Below are positions 24,851-37,400 of a DNA stretch of 64,000 nucleotides, piece by piece (the stretch's first letter is position 1; every line of letters starts with the position of its first letter). Location of the stretch: NCBI RefSeq assembly GCF_030144855.1, contig NC_082717.1, forward strand, positions 4,154,001-4,218,000, in the 5' to 3' direction. The position numbers were made by a program, and so were the translations under genes. Under the pieces are notes generated by a model, which saw nothing but the letters and a program-made list of their open reading frames with translations, ran no database searches and was not told where the DNA came from. The DNA comes from Hypanus sabinus. Its lineage: Eukaryota.

Positions 24851-25347
24851 ATCCCTAAGCAGGAGGTACAGAAGCCTGAAGTCTCTCACCACCACGTTCA
24901 AGAACAGCTATTTCCCTTCAGCCATTGAGTTCCCAAACCAAGCAACACAACCCAACTCACTACAGTTTAATAAGACAATGGGAATTTTGATCACTGTGTA
25001 CTAAAACCAGCTGTGTTTCATTTTTGATCCAACTATGTTTTTTCTTGTAAAATTTGTGTATAATTGGTGCTTTTCTCATGACTGCTGCCTATTCAATGCT
25101 CTGTGCCTGAACTGCAAGTGTTTCATTGCATCTGTCCTGATATGTACTTGTGCAGAGGACAATAAACACAACACTAATGCTTTTAAATATGATAAGAGTC
25201 ATTTCTGTACAATTAATAAATCTCAGCAAAGTGCATCATACAGTGCAGCTGAAACAATTCTACATATATAGTATTTCAATCTGTTTACTCTCTTAGACAT
25301 AGTTACGCAGAAAGATTTTTAAGGTAATTGCTATTTTCCCTTTAAAG

Positions 25348-25692
25348 ATGCCAATCCTCCAGTTCTCATCCAGTCCCCAAGCCAGGAGCACGTCACCGAG
25401 GGGCAATCGGCACGGTTATGGTGCGCCATGAAGAACGCCAGAGTGGGAAACACTGATGTCCACTGGTGTCGGAGACGACCTGGGCAGGACATGGAGTGGG
25501 TCTTAACGCACGAGGCAGGAGAGAGCATACGAGGGAGACCAGGTTTCACTGAGAGGTTCCAGCCCTCCAGGGACTCCTCCAACAGCAGTTTCATCCTGAT
25601 GGTCACAAAGGTCGAGGTCAATGACTCTGCCGACTATTACTGCAGAGTGTGGGGAGACATCAGTGGGAGCGGAACCCGGCTCACTGTCATTA
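25348..25692 (+). CDS. Exon V4 (type B): VJ-type Ig V domain
   Basis: Acceptor ttttccctttaaag|AT and donor A|gtaaga at 25693; 345 bp, phase 1-1. Encodes ANPPVLIQSP...LWC...VHWCRRRPG...DSADYYCRVWGDISGSGTRLTVI. Aligns without gaps to V2. Confidence 0.9.
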
Positions 25693-27813
25693 GTAAGATC
25701 AGTTCACACAATGCAAACTGATTTCTAGTACTGGAGGTATTGAGCATGTATGGGCCAGGACAACAATTCTGTAAATTCATTTCTTTAAACTATCATGTGA
25801 TTATTTCTAAATGAAGATATTAAATCTTTTGTTTTCATGACATATCTGACAACGATTGTGCAAAATATTGCTTTTCAGTCTGGGGTCCTGACTGGATATT
25901 ATAGCCCAATGATATGGACATGGAATTTTCCAATTTCTGATAACCCAACCCTACACCTTTCCTGTCTGCTTTTCATACTCCTACCGTCTCTTACTCCACC
26001 CAGACCCATTACCCAGTTCCATTCCCATTACCCTCCTGCTGATCTCACACAAACTTAACCTTCTGGGTGTCCTACCCCTTTCCCCCAATGAGTTTGAGGC
26101 ATGACAGTAGTGTTCAATGCCTTAAAGTACCAGCGGCATGGGTTCAATTCCCACTGCTGCTGAAAGAAGTTTGTACATTATTTCAATGATTGTGTAGATT
26201 TCCTCCGGGTAGTCTGGTTTCCTCCCACAATCCAAAGATATACTGGTTGGTAGGTTAATTGATTAGGCTCGGATTAGAATATAGAACATAGAAAACTACA
26301 GCACATTACAGGCCCTTCAGCCCACAATGTAGTACCAACCATGTAACCTACTCTGGAAACTGCCTAAGATTTCCTTACTGCATAGCCATCTATTTTTCTA
26401 AGCTCCATGTGCCTATCTAAGAGTCTTTTAAAAGACTGTATTGTTTCCAACTCCACCACTTCACTGGTAGTTCATGCCAACCTTCCACCACTCTCTGTGT
26501 GATATACCTACCTCTGGCATCCCCTTTGTACCTACTGCCAAACATCTTAACACTTTGCCCCCTTGTATTAGCCATTTAAGCCCAGGGAAAATATAAGCCT
26601 CTGACACTCCACATGATTAATGCCTCTCATCATCTTATACACATCTATCAGATTACTTCTCGTCCTCTGTTGCTCCAAGGAGAAAAGGCCAAGTTCACTC
26701 AACTTATTCTCTTAAGGCATGCTCTCCAATCCAGGCAACATCCTTATTAATCTCTGCTGCACTCTCTCTACAGCATCCACATCCTTCCTGTCATGAGGTA
26801 ACCAGATCTGAGTCCTCCAAGTGGGGTCTAACTAAGGTCTTATATAGCTTTAACATTACCGCTTGAACTCAATTCTATGGCTGACTGAGGCCATCACACC
26901 ATATGCCTTCTTAACAACAATGTTCTTACGTGACCTGCTAAGAACTGTCTCTATATTGTCCTTGTTAATTTATCCTCCCCAAGTGTAACAGCTCTCACTT
27001 GTCTGAATTAAACTCTGTCATTTCTCTGCCCATATTTCCAACTGATCAAATCTCCTTTGACAATCTCACTCACATTCCACAACTCCACCAATTTCCATGT
27101 CATCTCCATATTATCAGCCCAACAATAATTTTGTCCAATGCAGCCTGATAACAGCATTAGACAAGCCATATCTGAGTCTGATTGTACACACTTTATGGTT
27201 GTTGTATCTTCTGCCAATAGGCGAAGTGAGATGTTTTTCAGGGTGGCTGGTGTTCTTGATTACCTTGATAATTTTATTATTTTGATCACTGAGGCAACAA
27301 GAAATATAGATAGTTGCTGGAGAGGATGGGGGAGGTAGAAGGCTGGTTTCAATGTTATGCTGTGTTTTGCCACAATTTATTTACTGCCTGTTACACAACT
27401 GGCATTTAGGGCAGCAATAAGACCATAAGACCAGAAGATTTACGAGCAGAGGTAGGCTATTTGGCCCATTGAGTCTCCTCTGTTGTTCAGTCATGGGCTG
27501 ATCCAATTCATCCATTCATACCCACTCTCACGCTTTCACCCCATACCCTTTGTTACCCTGGCTAATCAAGAACCTATCTATCTCTGCCTTAAATACACCC
27601 AATGACTTGATCTCCACAGCCACTCGTGGTAACAAATTCTACAGATTTACCACCCTCTGACTAAAGTAATTTCTCTGCATCTCAGTTCTGAAAGGGAGTC
27701 CTTCAATCCTGAAGTTGTGCCCTCTTGTCCTAGACTCCACTACCATGGGAAATAACTTTGCCATATCTGATCAGTTCAGGCCCTTTAACATTCAGAATGC
27801 TTCTATGAGATCC

Positions 27814-28822
27814 AATAGACAATAGACAATAGACAACAGGTGCAAAAGTAGACCATTCGGCCCCTCGAGTCTGCACTGCCATTCTGAGATCAAGGCTGAT
27901 CATTCAGTATCAATACCCAGTCCCTGCCTTGTCCCCATATCCCTTGATTCCCCTATCCATCAGATATCTATCTAGCTCCTTCTTGAAAGCATCCAGAGAA
28001 TTGGCCTCCACCGTCTTCCGAGGCAGTGCATTCCACACCTCCACAACTCTCTGGGAGAAGAAGTTTTTCCTCAACTCTGTTTTAAATAACTGACCTCTTA
28101 TTCTCAATCCATGCCCTCTGGCACTGGACTCTCTCAACATCTGGAACGTATTTCCTGCCTCAATCCTATCAAATCCTTTAATTATCTTAAACGTTTCAAT
28201 CAGATCCCCTCTCAATCTCCTCAATTCCAGTGTGTACAAGCCCAATCTCTCCAATCTCTCTGCATAAGACAGCCCTGCCATTCCAGGAATCAACCTAGTG
28301 AATCTACGCTGCACTTCCTCAATGTCTGTAATGGGACCACAGCTCTTTACGATTTATGTCAATGATTTAGATGAGGGCATTGAAAACTATATCAGCAAGT
28401 TTGCTGATGATACTAAACTGGTTGGCAGTGTGACATGCGAAGAGGACGTTAGGAGAATACAGGGAGACTTTGATAGGCTGGGTGAGTGGGCAGATACTTG
28501 GCAGATGTCATTCAATGTGAATAAATGTGAAGTTATCCACTTTGGAAGCAGGAACAAGAGGGCAGAGTATTGTCTGAACGGTGTAGAGTTAGGTAAGGGA
28601 GAAATGCAAAGAGACCTAGGAGTCCTAGTTCATCAGTCAATGAAGGTGAATGAGCAAGTGCAACAGGCAGTGAAGAGGGCAAATGGAATGTTGGCCTTTA
28701 TTACAAGGGGAATTGAGTACAAGAGCAAGGATGTCCTTTTGCATTTGTACAGGGCCCTGGTGAGACCACACCTGGAATATTGTGTACAGTTTTGGTCTCC
28801 AGGTTTAAGGAAGGACATCCTG
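27814..28822 (-). mobile_element. Young CR1 with an inverted 5' segment (twin-priming structure)
   Basis: Minus-strand 3' end with a (CTATTGT)n tail at 27814-28323, joined to plus-strand 28325-28822. The plus segment ends (RKDIL) where the minus segment begins (IEEVQRRF). Confidence 0.75.
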
Positions 28823-28849
28823 AATTCCAGGGAATACAGTCCAAGAACT

Positions 28850-30782
28850 AAAAAGTTCTTAACTAAAAAGACAATACGGGGAGAAAAAAAAAAGAGGTAC
28901 GAACGCAAGCTAGTCAGGAATATAAAGGAAGATAGCAAAAGCTTTTTTAGGTATGTGAAGAGAAAGAAGATAGTTAAGAACAATGTTGGGCCCTTGAAGA
29001 ATGAATTGGGTGAAATTGTTATGGGAAACAGAGAAATGGCAGAAGAATTTAACGAGTACTTTAGATCTGTTTTCACTAAGGAAGACACAAGCAATCTCCC
29101 AGTTGTATGGATGGGCCAAGGACATAGGGTAACAGAGGAAATGAAACAGATTGACATTCGGAAGGAAATGGTGATGAGAAGACTGATGGGACTGAAGGCT
29201 GACAAATCCCCAGGTCCAGATGGTCTGCACCCTAGGGTACTAAAGGAGGTGGCCCTGGAAATTGCGGATGCATTGATAATCATTTTCCCATGTTCCTTAG
29301 ATTCAGGATCAGTTCCTGAGGATTGAAGAATGGCTAAAGTTATCCCACTTTTTAAGAAAGGAGGGAGGGAGAAAACAGAGAACTATCAACCTGTCAGCCT
29401 GACATCGGTGGTAGGAAAGATGCTAGAGTCCATTATTAAGGATGAAATAGTGGCATATCTAGATAGCTTTGATAGGATTGGGCTGAGCCAGCATGGATTT
29501 ACCAAGGGCAAATCATGCTTGACTAATCTGTTGGAGTTCTTTGAGGATATAACCAGGAAGTTAGATGGGGGAGATCCAGTGGATGTAGTGTACCTCGATT
29601 TTCAGAAGGCATTTGATAAGGTCCCACATAGAAGATTGGTGGGTAAAATTAAAGCTCATGGCATCGGGGGGAAGGCATTGACATGGATAGAAAACTGGTT
29701 GGCAGATAGAAAGCAAAGGGTAGTGGTGAATGGGTGTTTCTCGGAATGGCAGGTGGTGACTAGTGGGGTGCCACAGGGCTCAGTATTGGGACCACAGTTG
29801 TTTACCATTTACGTTAACGATTTGGATGAAGGCATAGAAAATAACATCAGCAAATTTGCTGATGATACTAAGCTGGGTGATAGTGTGACATGTGATGAGG
29901 ATGTTAGGAAAATTCAGTGTGACTTGGATAGGCTGGGTGAGTGGGCAGATACTTGGCAGATGGCGTTTAATGTGAAAAAGTGTGAGGTTATCCACTTTGG
30001 GAGTAAGAACAGGAAGGCAGATTATTATCTGAATGGTGTAGAGTTAGGTAAGGGAGAAATACAAAGAGATCTAGGAGTCCTTGTTCATCAGTCACTGAAG
30101 GTGAATGAGCAAGTGCAGCAGGCAGTGAAGAAGGCTAATGGAATGTTGGCCTTTATTACAAAGGGAATTAAGTACAAGAGCAAGGATGTCCTTTTGCATT
30201 TGTACAGGGCCCTGGTGAGACCACACCTGGAGTATTGTGTACAGTTTTGGTCTTCAGGGTTAAGGAAGGACATCCTGGCTGTAGAGGAAGTACAGCGTAG
30301 ATTCACGAAGTTAATTCCTGGGATTTCTGGACTGTCTTACGCAGAGAGGTTAGAGAGACTGGGCTTGTACACGCTGGAATTAAGGAGATTGAGAGGGGAT
30401 CTGATTGAAATATATAAGATTATTAAGGGATTGGACAAAACAGTGGCAGGAAATATGTTCCAGATGCTGGGAGAGTCCAGTACCAGAGGGCATGGTTTGA
30501 GAATAAGGGGTAGGTCATTTAGGACAGAGTTAAGGAAAAACTTCTTCTCCCAGAGAGTTGTGAGGGTCTGGAATGCACTACCTCGGAATGTAGTGGAGGC
30601 CAATTCTCTGGATGCTTTCAAGAAGGAGCTAGATAGGTATCTTATGGCTAGGGGAATCAAGGGATCTGGGGACAAGGCAGGAACCGGGTATTGATAGTAA
30701 TTGATTAGCCATGATCTCAAACTGGCGGTGCAGGCTCGAAGGGCCGAATGGTCTACTTCTGCACCTATTGTCTATTGTCTAT
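28850..30782 (+). mobile_element. Young 5'-truncated CR1 (454-aa RT ORF 29330-30694)
   Basis: Complete RT motif set, (CTATTGT)n tail, and AACT at both flanks (28846-28849 and 30783-30786). Confidence 0.9.
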
Positions 30783-31489
30783 AACTGCTAGATATTCCTA
30801 ATATGGTAATCTTCTCATTCCTGGAATTATTCTCGTGAATCTTTTCTGAAACTTCTCCAATATCAGTATATCCTTTCTAAAATAAGGAGCCCAAAACTAC
30901 ACTCAATACTCCAAGTGTTGTCTCTCGAGTGTCTTATAGAGCCTCAACATCACATCCCGGCTCGTATAATCTATGCCTCTAGAAATGAATGCCAACATTG
31001 CATTCACTTTCTTCACAGCAGACTCAACCTGCAGGTTAACCTTTAGGGTACCTTGCACAAGGACTCCCAAGTCCCTTTCCATCTCTGCATTTTGAATTCT
31101 CTCCCCATCTAAATAATAGTCTGCCCATTTATTTCTTCCACCAAAGTCCATGACCATACACTTTCCAACATTGAATTTCATTTGCCACTTCTGTGCCCAT
31201 TCCCCAGACTGTCTAAGTCTCTCTGCAGACTCTCTGTTTCCTCAGAACTACCTCTCCTCCACATATCATCAGCAAACTCAGCCACAAATCCCTTAATACC
31301 ATAGTCCAGATCATTAACATACATTGTAAAAAGTAACGGTCCCAACACCGACCCCTGTGGAACTCCACTGGTAAATGGCAGCCAGCCAAAATAGGATCCC
31401 TTTATTCCCACTCTGTTTTCTGCAAACCAGCCAATGCTCCACCCACGCCAGCAACTTCCCTGTAATTCCATGGACTCTTAGAACCATAG

Positions 31490-34400
31490 AACCATACAAT
31501 ATTACAGCACCGAAACAGATCTTTTTGCCCTTCTTGGCTGTCCTGAACCATTTTTCTGACTAGTCCCACCGACCTGCACCTGGGCCATATCCCTCCTTAC
31601 ACCTCTCATCCATGTACCTGTCCAAGTTTTTCTTAAATGTTAAAGTGAGCCTGCATTTACCAGTTCATCTGGCAGCTCATTCCACACTCCCACCACTCTC
31701 CGTGTGAAGTAGCCCCCCCCCCCCCACAATGTTCCCTTTAAACTTTTCCCCCTTCACCCTTAATCCATGTCCTCTGGTTTTTTTCTCCCCTATTCTCAGA
31801 GGGAAAAGCCTGCTTGCATTCATTCTAACTATACCCACCATAATTTTATATACCTCTATCAAATCTCCCCTCATTCTTTTACTCTCCAGGGAATAAAGTC
31901 CTAACCTTTCTCTGTAACCCGGTTTCTCAAGTCCCGGCAACATCCTTGTAAACCTTCTCTGCACTCTTTCAACCTTATTAATATCCTTCCTGTGATTTGG
32001 TGACCAAAACAAAATACTCCAAATTCGGCCTCACCAATGCCTTGTACAACCTCACCAGAACATTCCAACTCTTACACTCAGTACTTTGATTTATAAAGGC
32101 TAAGTGCCAAAAGTTCTCTTTACTACCCTATCTACCTGTGACGCCAATTCTAGGGAATTATGTACAGTATCTGTATTCCCAGATCCCTCTGTTCTACTAC
32201 ACTCCTCAGTGTCCTACCATTTACCTTGTATGTTGTACCTTGGTTTGTCCTTCCAAACTGCGACACCTCACACTTGTCCGCATTAAACTCCACCTGCCAT
32301 TTGTCAGCCAATTTTTTCCAGCTGGTCGAAATCCCTCTGCAAGCTTTGAAAACCTTCCTCACTGTCCACTACACCTCCAATCTTTGTATCATCAGCAAAT
32401 TTGTTGATCCAATTTACCACATTATCATCCAGATCATTGATATAGATGACAAATAACAATGGACCCAGCACTGATCCCTGTGGCACACCACTAGTCACAG
32501 GCCTCCACTCAGAGAAGCAATCCTCCACTACCACTCTCTGGCTTCTCCCATTAAGCCAATGTCTAATCCAATTTACTACCTCTCCATGTATACCTTGCGA
32601 CTGAAACTTCCTAACTAACCTCCCATGCGAGACCTTGTCAAAGACCTTACTGAAGTCCATATAGACAACATCCACTGCCTTCCCTTCACCCACTTTCTGG
32701 CAACCTCCTCGAAAAACTCTAATAGATTTGTTAAACATGACCGACTACACACAAAGCTATGTTGACTCTCCCTAATAAGTCCCTGTCCATTCAAGTACTT
32801 GTAGACCCTATCTCTTAGTACTCCTTCCAATAACTTACCTATGACCAACATCAAACTTACCGGCCTATAATTTCCCAGATTACTTTTAGAGCCTTTTTTA
32901 AACAACGGAACAATATGAGCTATTCTCCAATCCTCCGGCAATTCACCCATAGATACCAACACTTTAAATACATCTGCCAGGGCCCCTGCAATTTCAACAC
33001 TAGTCTCCTTCGAGGTCCGAGGGAATACTTTGTCATGTCCTGGGGGTTTATCTACTCTGATTTGTCTCAAGACAGCAAGCACCTCCTCCTCTTCAATCTG
33101 TATAGGTTCCATGACCTCACTACCTGTTTGCCTTATTTCCATTGACTCCACGCCAGTTTCCTTATTAAATATAGATGCAAAAAAAACATTTAAAATCTCC
33201 CCCATTTCTTTTGGTTCCATACATAGCCGACCACTCTGATCTTCAAGAGGACCAATTTTATCCCCTACTATCCTTTTGCTCTTAACATACCTGTAGAAGC
33301 TCTTTGGATTATCCTTCACCTTGACTGTCAAAGCAACCTCACGTCTTCTTCTAGCCCTCCTGATTTCTTCCTGAAGTATTTTTTGCACTTTTCATACTCC
33401 TCAAGCATCTTATTTCCTCCCTGTTACCTATACATGTCATGCATCTCTCTCCTTTATCAGAGTTCCAATATCTCTAGAAAACCAAGATTCCTTATTCTTG
33501 CAACACACACAAAGTGCTGGTGGAACGCAGCAGGCCAGGCAGCATCTATATGAAGAAGCACTGTCGATGTTTCGGGCCGAGACCCTTCATCAGGACTAAC
33601 TGAAAGAAAAGATAGTAAGAGATTTGAAAGTAAGAGGGAGAGGGGGAAATCTGAAATGATAGGAGAAGACAGGAGGGGGTGGGGTGAAGCTAAGAGCTGG
33701 CTGTAATAGTGGGTCTGAGTCAAAATATGATCGAAAAGTTGAAGGGCTGAAGAAATTATAGATGGGGAGCAGCAAGAGAGGGCTTCACTGAACTCTCGTC
33801 GAAGAGAAGACTTAAACTTCTTCAGTGTAGGCATCACTGGCAGAGGCTTTGCAGTGTTAAGTTTAAAAACGCAAACACGAGGAAATCTGCAGATGCTGGG
33901 AATTCTTATTCACTTTCCCTTTAATCCTGCCCGGGACATACAAACTGCACTCTCAAAATTTCTCCTTTGAAGGCCTCCCACTTACCAATCACATCCTTGC
34001 CAGAGAACAACCTGTCCCAATCCACGCTTTTTAAATCCTTTCTCCTTTCTTCAGCTTTGGCCTTTTTCCAGTTTAGAACCTCAACCCAAGGACCAGATCT
34101 ATCTTTATCCATGATCAAGTTGAAACTAATGGTGTTATGATCACTGGAACCAAAAGTGTTCCCCTGCACACACTTACGTCACCTGTCCTAACTCGTTTCT
34201 TAATCAGAGATCTAATATTGCATCCTCTCTAGTTGGTACCTCTATACATTGAACTAGAAAACTTTCCTGAACACATTTTACAAACCTTAACCCACCTAGA
34301 CCTTTAACAGCATGGGAGTCCAAATCAATATGTGGAAAATTAAAATCCCCTACTATCACTTTCTGTCTCCTGCAGTTGTCTGCTATCTCTCTGCAGATTT

Positions 34401-37400
34401 GCTCCTCCAATTCTCGCTGACTATTGGGTGGTCTATAATACAACCCCATTAATGTGGTCATACCTTTCCTGTTTCTCAGCTCTACCCATAGACAAGTTTC
34501 ACTAATGGCTACAATGTCATAAATCCACGTGTCAATCCATGCCCTCAGCTCGTCAGCCTTCCCCACAATACTCCTCGCATTGAAACAGACACACCTCAGA
34601 AGATTATTAGCACCATACACAACCCTTCTATTTGTGACTTTGCATGAACTTTTGACATCATTTATTTTCAACCCTGCTCCACTAGCTTATCTTGCTAAGC
34701 AGCCTCATGTGTGGCACCTGTCAAAGGCCTTCTGAAAATCCAATTACAGCACGTCTACTGCATCTCCTTTGTATACCCTGCTTGTAATTTCTTCAAAGAA
34801 TTGCCGTAGGTTTGTCAGTAAGGATTTTCCTTTCAGGAAACCATGCTGGCTTTGGCCTATCTTGTCACGTACCTCCTGGTATTCCATAATCTCATCCCTA
34901 ACAATTGATTCCAACAACTTCCCAACCATAGATGTCAGACTAACAGGTCTATAGTTTCCTTTCTGCTTCCTCCCATCCTTCTTAAAAGGCAAAATAACAT
35001 TTGCAGTTTTCCAGTCATCCGATACAACGCCAGAGTATTGATTCTTGAAAGATCATCGTTAATGCCTCCGCAATCTCTCCAGCTCCTTCTTTCAGAACCT
35101 GAAGGTGCATTCCATCAGGTCCAGGAGATATATCCACCTTCAGACCATTAAGCTTCCTGAGCACCTTCTCATTCATAATTTTCACTGCACAGACCTCACT
35201 TCCCTGACACTCTTGAATATCTGGTATACAACAGAAGTCTTCCCCAGTGAAGACTGATGCAAAATACTCATTCAGTTCCTCTGCCATCTCTGCATCTCTC
35301 ATTACAATATCTCCAGCATCATTTTTGTATTGGCTCTATATCTACCCTCAAGTCTTTTACCCTCTTAAAAGTAGGTGAAAGAGTTGAAGGTAGTAAAAGT
35401 ATATAGGGGTATATACTTTATATATCCTTTATATCTTTTAGTATCTTCTTTGATATTAGTCACCAGCTTCATCCCATAATTCATCTTTTCCTTCCGAATG
35501 ACCTTCTTAGTTTCCTTCTGCAAGTTTTTAAAAGCTCCCCAATCCTCTATCTTCCCACTTCCTCTGGCTTCCTAGCATGTCTTCTCTTTTGTTTTTACTT
35601 TGGCTCTGACTTTACTTGTCAGCCGTGGTAGTGTCGTTCTTCCCTTTGAAATATTTTTCTTACCTGGAATATATCTGTCTTGCACTTCCCTCATTTTTCA
35701 CAGAAACTCCAGCTATTACTGCTCTGCTGCCCTTCAAGTGAAGTCAAGTCGCTTTTATTGTCATTTTGACCATAACTGCTGGTACAGTACATAGTAAAAA
35801 TGAGACAATGTATTTCAGGACCAAGGACCATGGTTTACATGACACAGTACAAAAAACTAGACTGAACTACGTAATTAAAAAAACAACACAGAGAAAGCTA
35901 CACTAGACTACAGACCTACACAGGGCTGCATAAAGTGCACAAAAACAGTGCAGGCATTACAATAAATAATAAACAGGACAGAAGGGCAAGGTGTCAGTCC
36001 AGGCTTCTGGTATTGAGGAGTCTGATAGCTTGGGGGAAGAAACTGTTACATAGTCTGGTTGTGAGAGCCTGAATGCTTCGGAGCTTTTTCCCAGACGGCA
36101 GGAGGAGGCAGAGATTGTATGAGGGGTCTTTCATAATGCTGTTTCCTTTGAAGATGCAGAGTGTAGTGTAAACATCCGTGATGGTGGGAAGAGAGACCCC
36201 GATGATCTTCTCAGCTGACCTCACTATCCACAGCAGGGTCTTGCGATCCGAGATGGTGTGATTTCCCAACCAGGAAGTTCCTGCAAATGTCCCTTTCCAG
36301 TTAACTTCAGCCAGTTCCCCTCTCATGCCATTGTAATTTCCTTTATTCCACTGAAATGCCGACATATCAGAGTTTATTTTTTTCCCTCTAAAATTTCAAT
36401 GTGAACTCGATCATATTGTGATCACTGTTCCCTCAGGGTTCCTTACCCTTAAGCTCTCTTACTCTCTTATCAGCTCCGTATAATTGCACAACACCCAATC
36501 CAGCACAGCCGATCCCCTGGTGGGCTCAACATAAGCTGGTCTAAAAAACATCCCTTAGATATTCTATATATTTTCTGTCTTGAGGTCTAGTACTGGCCTG
36601 GTTTACTCAATGCACTTTCATATTAAAATCCCCAACGATTATCACAACATTGACTTTCTGATACGTCTTTTCTCCTTCTGCTGTAATTTGTAATCCACAT
36701 CCCGGCTGCTGTTTGGAGGCCTGTATACAACTGAAATTTGGGTCCTGTTACCCTTGTCATTTCTTAACTCAACCCACAGAGACTCTATACCTTCCAATCA
36801 AGTGTCGTCTCTTTCCAATGATTTAATATTATTTCTTATACACAAAGCCACACCACCCCCTCTGCTGACTAACCTATCTTTCCGATGCACTCTGTATCCT
36901 CGGACGTTCAGCTCCCAATGGCAGCCGTCCTTTTGCCAAGTTCCAGAGATTGCCATAAGGTCATACTTCCCAATCTGTAGCTGAATTTCAAGATCATCCA
37001 TTTTAGTCCTTAGGCTGCGTGCATTCAAATACAACACTCTCAGTCCAGTATTTGTTGCTTTTCTTTTAACTGCACCACGTCTCTATTGCCCTGTAACTCA
37101 TCCCACTGACTTTGATTGTGCCTCATCTCTTGCCTGTCCTTTCTATAATCTCCGTTGCACGCTATCTATGATTTATTTGTTTTCCCCTTCCACAGCCCTA
37201 TCACTCCTGTTTCCATCCCCCTGCCAAATTAGTTTAAACTCTCCCTAACAGCTCGATTAAATGTGGCCTCTAGGATATTGGACCCCTTTGGGTTCCAGTG
37301 TAACCCATGCTTTTTGTACAGGTCGGAAATTCCCCCAGAAGAGGCCCCAATGATCCAGGAATCTGAAGCCCTGCTTCCTCCACCAGTCTCTCAGCCACAC

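Noticed and set aside
28633-29283. Long antisense ORFs over CR1 copies (also 5623-6258, 23427-23855, 24189-25004)
   Set aside because: These are shadow frames of LINE ORF2 with no independent coding signal.
28298-29326. 342-aa ORF with RT C-terminus before the tether region, as a novel protein
   Set aside because: It is a chance fusion of an inverted CR1 segment, ~30 bp of host and a second CR1 insertion.
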